A stretch of 64,000 nucleotides of DNA from the NCBI GenBank assembly GCA_937625935.1, contig OW569347.1, positions 1-64,000 of the forward strand, given 5' to 3'. This document shows positions 59,948 to 64,000 of the stretch, in pieces. This stretch comes from Tetramitus jugosus. Taxonomy: Eukaryota; Protista; Heterolobosea. Both the position numbers and the translations under genes were made by a program. Every line of letters starts with the position of its first letter. The stretch's first letter is position 1. The notes below the pieces were generated by a model. The model made no database searches and was not told the origin of the DNA. It saw nothing but the letters and a program-made list of their open reading frames with translations.

Positions 59948-62005
59948 ATGAGTCAACAAGAACAACTACAACTACAACCACAACTACAACAAAATGACAA
60001 TAGTCAACAGTTTGACATTCGAAGTTTGGTGACCCAAGTGAGTCAAACCCAAACTGTACGCAAGCCTAGTCATCTATCACAACAACAACAACCACGGAGA
60101 CGGTCCATTCCTTCGAACAGCACCACAATCGTAGCTACAACAACAATTATAGCTACTACTACGACATTGTCCTCATCAGCAACAACACCAAATGGTCCAC
60201 ACACTGTAGACACACCTGTTGAACACAGCAGTACGTCTTCATTTCAACATCAAGATGGTATGTTGTTTTTCAGAGCTTTTTTGTTGTTAATCATTTTTTT
60301 TTCGTAAGTGACATTTTTTTTATTAACATCATTTTTTTGACCAAAAATAGTGTACGATGACTTACACATGAGCTCATCCACCATTTATGAGAGCTCTTCA
60401 ACTGACAATGCTTGTGATACCACTGTAAGCAGTAGCTCTGCTGATACAACACAGGCTATACTTGATGAGATTGAAGCAAGTACAAAGAGATGTAGCTTAA
60501 GAGCTTCCTCCACTTCACAATTGTCTGATGACGCTCAATCCGACAATGAAAATCAATTCTATCAAGTGGTTCAACAACAACAACAACAACAGCAGCAACA
60601 ACAACCATCATCTTCACCACAGACTCTCAACAACAATGACAACAATGACAATGCTCGTACAGCCAACAGAGGTTCATTGTTCCAATTTTTGTTGAGGCCA
60701 TTTATGGGTTGTTTCAACAATCATGGCAAGTCATCCTCATCTACAACTACTACAATGGGAGATGACAAGTCAAAGAAGAAGAAGAACAATGGTTCATGCA
60801 GTGTTGTGATTGATGTAGAGACTGAGGAGTCTCAAAGACAATATCAACAATATACTGATGGAGAGAATGGCACTGATGGATCATCCACCAACACTCATCC
60901 AAACAATGGTGCAAAGAAGCTCAAGAAGAAGAAGAGAAAAAAGTCTCGTCATTATCACAGAGGTTCACTTCCTCATCCAACACCTAGTGTGCTCAATGCT
61001 CAACAGCAGCAGCAACAACCACAACAATATCAACAACCACAGCAACAACAGTATTATCCTCACGCATCAAACCACCATGCTCAACAACAACAGCCATCAT
61101 CCAGAACCAGCTCTAGACACCAAAGAGTTTCCACGACTGTTCAACCATCTCATGCCACTCAATCCTCTGCCTACTATTATCAATATCAACAACAACAACA
61201 ACAACAGCAGCAGCAACAACAAGGTTATGATGATGAGAGCAGTGAGGAACAAACTGTCAATCAACAGTACTACTACCACTACAATAACAATGAGCAACAA
61301 CAATCACAACAACAACAGAATCACTACCATCAATACTCTTACAGCAAGAGATCTTCCTCTACTCTGAATCATCACTACAATAATCACCATGGTCGCAACT
61401 ACAATAGTGCCTACCAACAAAATGTCAAGTGCAAGCCATTGTTGCCACCACCTGCTACTCTCCCATTGAGATGTCAGGGCAAGAAGACTCTTGTTCTCGA
61501 TTTGGATGAAACATTGGTCCACTCAAAGTTTGAACCAGTGGATGGTGCTGACTTTGAAATTCCAATCGATATCGAGGGCAGACAACACGTTGTCTATGTG
61601 ATGAAGAGACCAGGTGTTGATGAGTTCCTGTTCGAGATGGGAAAGCACTTTGAAGTTGTAATCTTTACGGCCAGTCTCAGCAAGTATGCTAATCCATTGT
61701 TGGATCGATTGGATGTTCACAATGTGATCACTGGTCGATTGTTCAGAGAACATTGTACCTATGTAGATCAGTGCTACGTCAAGGATTTGTCTCGATTGGG
61801 CAGAGATGTCGATCAAACCTTGATTATTGACAATTCACCAACATGCTACGCGTTCCAACCAAGAAACGCAATGCCGTGCATGAGTTGGTTCGATAACCAG
61901 AATGACAGTGAATTGTTGGAGATGATTCCATGGTTGGCCAAACTGGCTCAAGAGAGCGCAGTCTATGAGACATTGGACGACTGGAAAACATACATTGGCT
62001 CTTAA
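59948..62005 (+). CDS. FCP/SCP (NIF-domain) CTD small phosphatase-like protein with a Q/N/S-rich N-terminus
   Basis: KKTLVLDLDETLVHS, KRPGVDEF, IFTASLSKYA, YVKDLSRLGR and IIDNSP; intron about 60258-60350. Confidence 0.93.
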
Positions 62006-62567
62006 TTCTCTGGTGTTGTTCTCTTGTTGAATCCACACCATTCCTATCCTGTATCATTCCTCCCCCAGTGTGGGATCCCCACTACCCAACCCTTATTTAT
62101 TCTTATTATGATTTTACCATTTATGTATGAGAACTCACACAGCAGGAGTCTTAGAGATTACGTTTGTCACGATGTGATGAGTAGAGAGCATTTGTCAAGC
62201 GTAGAGTATCCAATTTTGAGAGAGTAAAGGGTACTCAGACTGAACTACCAGTCCTCTATGGTTTCTATATCGGCCAACGTTTTTATCATTAAACATTAGA
62301 GGTTCATTCAAGTGAGTCCAACTCTTTTGCAACGGTGTTTGCTTGTGTGTTGTCACTTTCATTTGTATCTGTCACCCTCCATTGAATAACATCATTGTGA
62401 CACGTTTGGTAGTAGTTTGTGGCAAGTTGGTTCTCTCCCACTGGTGCAAATTCACTCAGCAAGATATCTTTCCTTTCTACTTCTTCGAGAATGATAGGGA
62501 CTGTTTCTTTGAGCAGAGGAATGTCAGGTAAGTTTCGAACAGCTTCAACGTCCCGTTGTAAAGTTGG

Positions 62568-63885
62568 CTATCTGGATTTTTTCTTGTTCGCTTTGGAGTT
62601 AGGACCTGGTTTTGGGAACCTTAGGTTACTCTGTTTGGGTTTGTGAGGAGATTCTGACAATCGAGAGGATGTTCGTACAGGGAACTGCTTTGGTTCTCCT
62701 AATTCCTGCTTTCTATTGATTGCTGATAATCTTGGTGAGCAAGGAACAGATAGGTTCAAGTGGTTGTACACACCACATTCTTTACTCTGGAAAGTATCGG
62801 AGTTAACTCGTGTCATAACCCAATCATTAAAAGTCAGTCGAGAAATACCTTATCGATAACGATTTTCATTGAGAGAAGTTTCTCTGTGCATGGTCTCTTC
62901 TCTGGCTGTAATGTCAAGCAGCACTGAACAAGTTTTGTTAAGTCGCTCGAGTAGAACGAACCAATGGGAGTGTATTTTCCCTTCAAAATCTTCAGTATGA
63001 GGGCTGCTTGATTAGTTGCTTCAAAAGGATGTTTGAATGTGCACATCTCATACAGTATACAACCGACAGCCCATATATCAGACTTTTCTGTAAGCAAGGT
63101 TAGAAGTCATATCTTTTGTATGTGATAACACTCATATACTCATATGAGACTAGAAAGTTCCATACCTGCATAAGGCTTGTTCTCACACAATTCAGGCGAT
63201 AGATAATAAGGTGTTCCAACCAATGTTCTTGCCAAGCTTCTCGTATGGCTCAACACTCTAGACACGCCAAAATCACCAATCTTTACATGGTCATTCTCAT
63301 CCAAGAAAATATTCATCGTTTTCATATCTCTGTGAAGAATCTTTTGATTGTGTACATCTTCTCAATCATTAGACATTATCCATATAGACCCAAAAACTAA
63401 AAAGTAAGAATACGTCATACAGTTCAATCCATGGAGAATTTCTAATAAGTATCTCCATATCTTCTTCTCTGGCAACTTCTTACCGTTCCTCCTTGTTAAT
63501 ACATCGTCCAGAGTACCTTGAGAGGCATACTCCATAACGATGTTCAGCTTCTTATCTTCAGAGATGAATGAATCATAATATCTAATAATACATGAATGAT
63601 CGAGAGCTGCCAAGATATGGACCTCCTGTAGGATATCTAACTGTTCCTGCTTTGCCATTCCACTGATATTAATCTGTTTGATTACATAAAATCGGTCATC
63701 AACTTTTTCAAAGCAAAAGGTTACCTTCGGATGACTGTAGTGAACACTGAAAGATTCATAAACATACTCTTGCGCCTCACTCGAAACACAAGGCCATAAC
63801 TACCCTCACCAATGGACTCAATGAACTCAAAATCAGCAATGGTTGACTTTGGAATGGTGGTTTTGCTAGTCAAATCGGTTGTCAT
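62568..63885 (-). CDS. NIMA-related (NEK) protein kinase, multi-exon
   Basis: [54 protein letters not shown] and KSDIWAVGC. Confidence 0.92.
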
Positions 63886-64000
63886 TTCATTTCGTTTTTT
63901 CCGAAATGCTGGATTTCCAACTACAGCTGCAAAAGAGTCAAGAAAGAATGACAAACAATTAATTTTATGTAAAATTGTTTCAGCTTGACTTGAAATGGTG

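Noticed and set aside
59948-61400. CAA/CAG microsatellite-like runs here and at about 19.5, 34.1 and 39.3 kb
   Set aside because: They encode ordinary poly-Q/N/H/E low-complexity protein regions; they are not CRISPR or satellite arrays.
4258-62570. Stop-codon reassignment (TAG/TAA = Gln) suggested by several in-frame stops
   Set aside because: Long conserved genes (TSR1, eIF2B-delta, DGAT1, GH5) have no internal stops and genes terminate with TAA, TGA and TAG; island genes also carry frameshifts and a TGA, so decay explains the pattern.

Overview
A eukaryotic chromosome end from a gene-dense protist. It uses the standard genetic code and has short spliceosomal introns with CTAAC-type branch points; the lineage cannot be fixed from this window. 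Layout: (1) 1-753 is a (CCCAAA)n telomere (TTTGGG on the G strand). (2) About 0.75-2.1 kb is an AT-rich subtelomeric spacer with hairpins and telomere-like inverted repeats. (3) About 2.1-15 kb is a decaying accessory island. It holds a Mutator-type (MULE) DDE transposase gene head-to-head with an intron-containing B12-dependent class II ribonucleotide reductase, a UL9-like origin-binding SF2 helicase, and putative effector genes (PD-(D/E)xK nuclease, LRAT, MYND finger, HEPN-like, tandem SLATT-like). The effector genes form two divergent cassettes around a shared 19-bp motif, and a PIF/Harbinger-group element with TIRs and a TSD is nested inside. (4) About 16-64 kb is ordinary host genes: TKL receptor kinase, DMT transporter, eIF2B-delta, RRP9, GH5 endoglycoceramidase, ABHD, mitochondrial carrier, EMC3, DGAT1, Bin3/MEPCE, cathepsin B, TSR1, LRR-IQ, DUF455, CTD small phosphatase and NEK. 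At 56.3-58.2 kb two independent non-LTR retroelement insertions, each with a poly(A) tail and a 17-bp TSD, sit 44 and 55 bp upstream of a tRNA-Leu(CAA) gene, like Dictyostelium TRE5 elements. All family calls come from motif recognition by eye; no database search was run.
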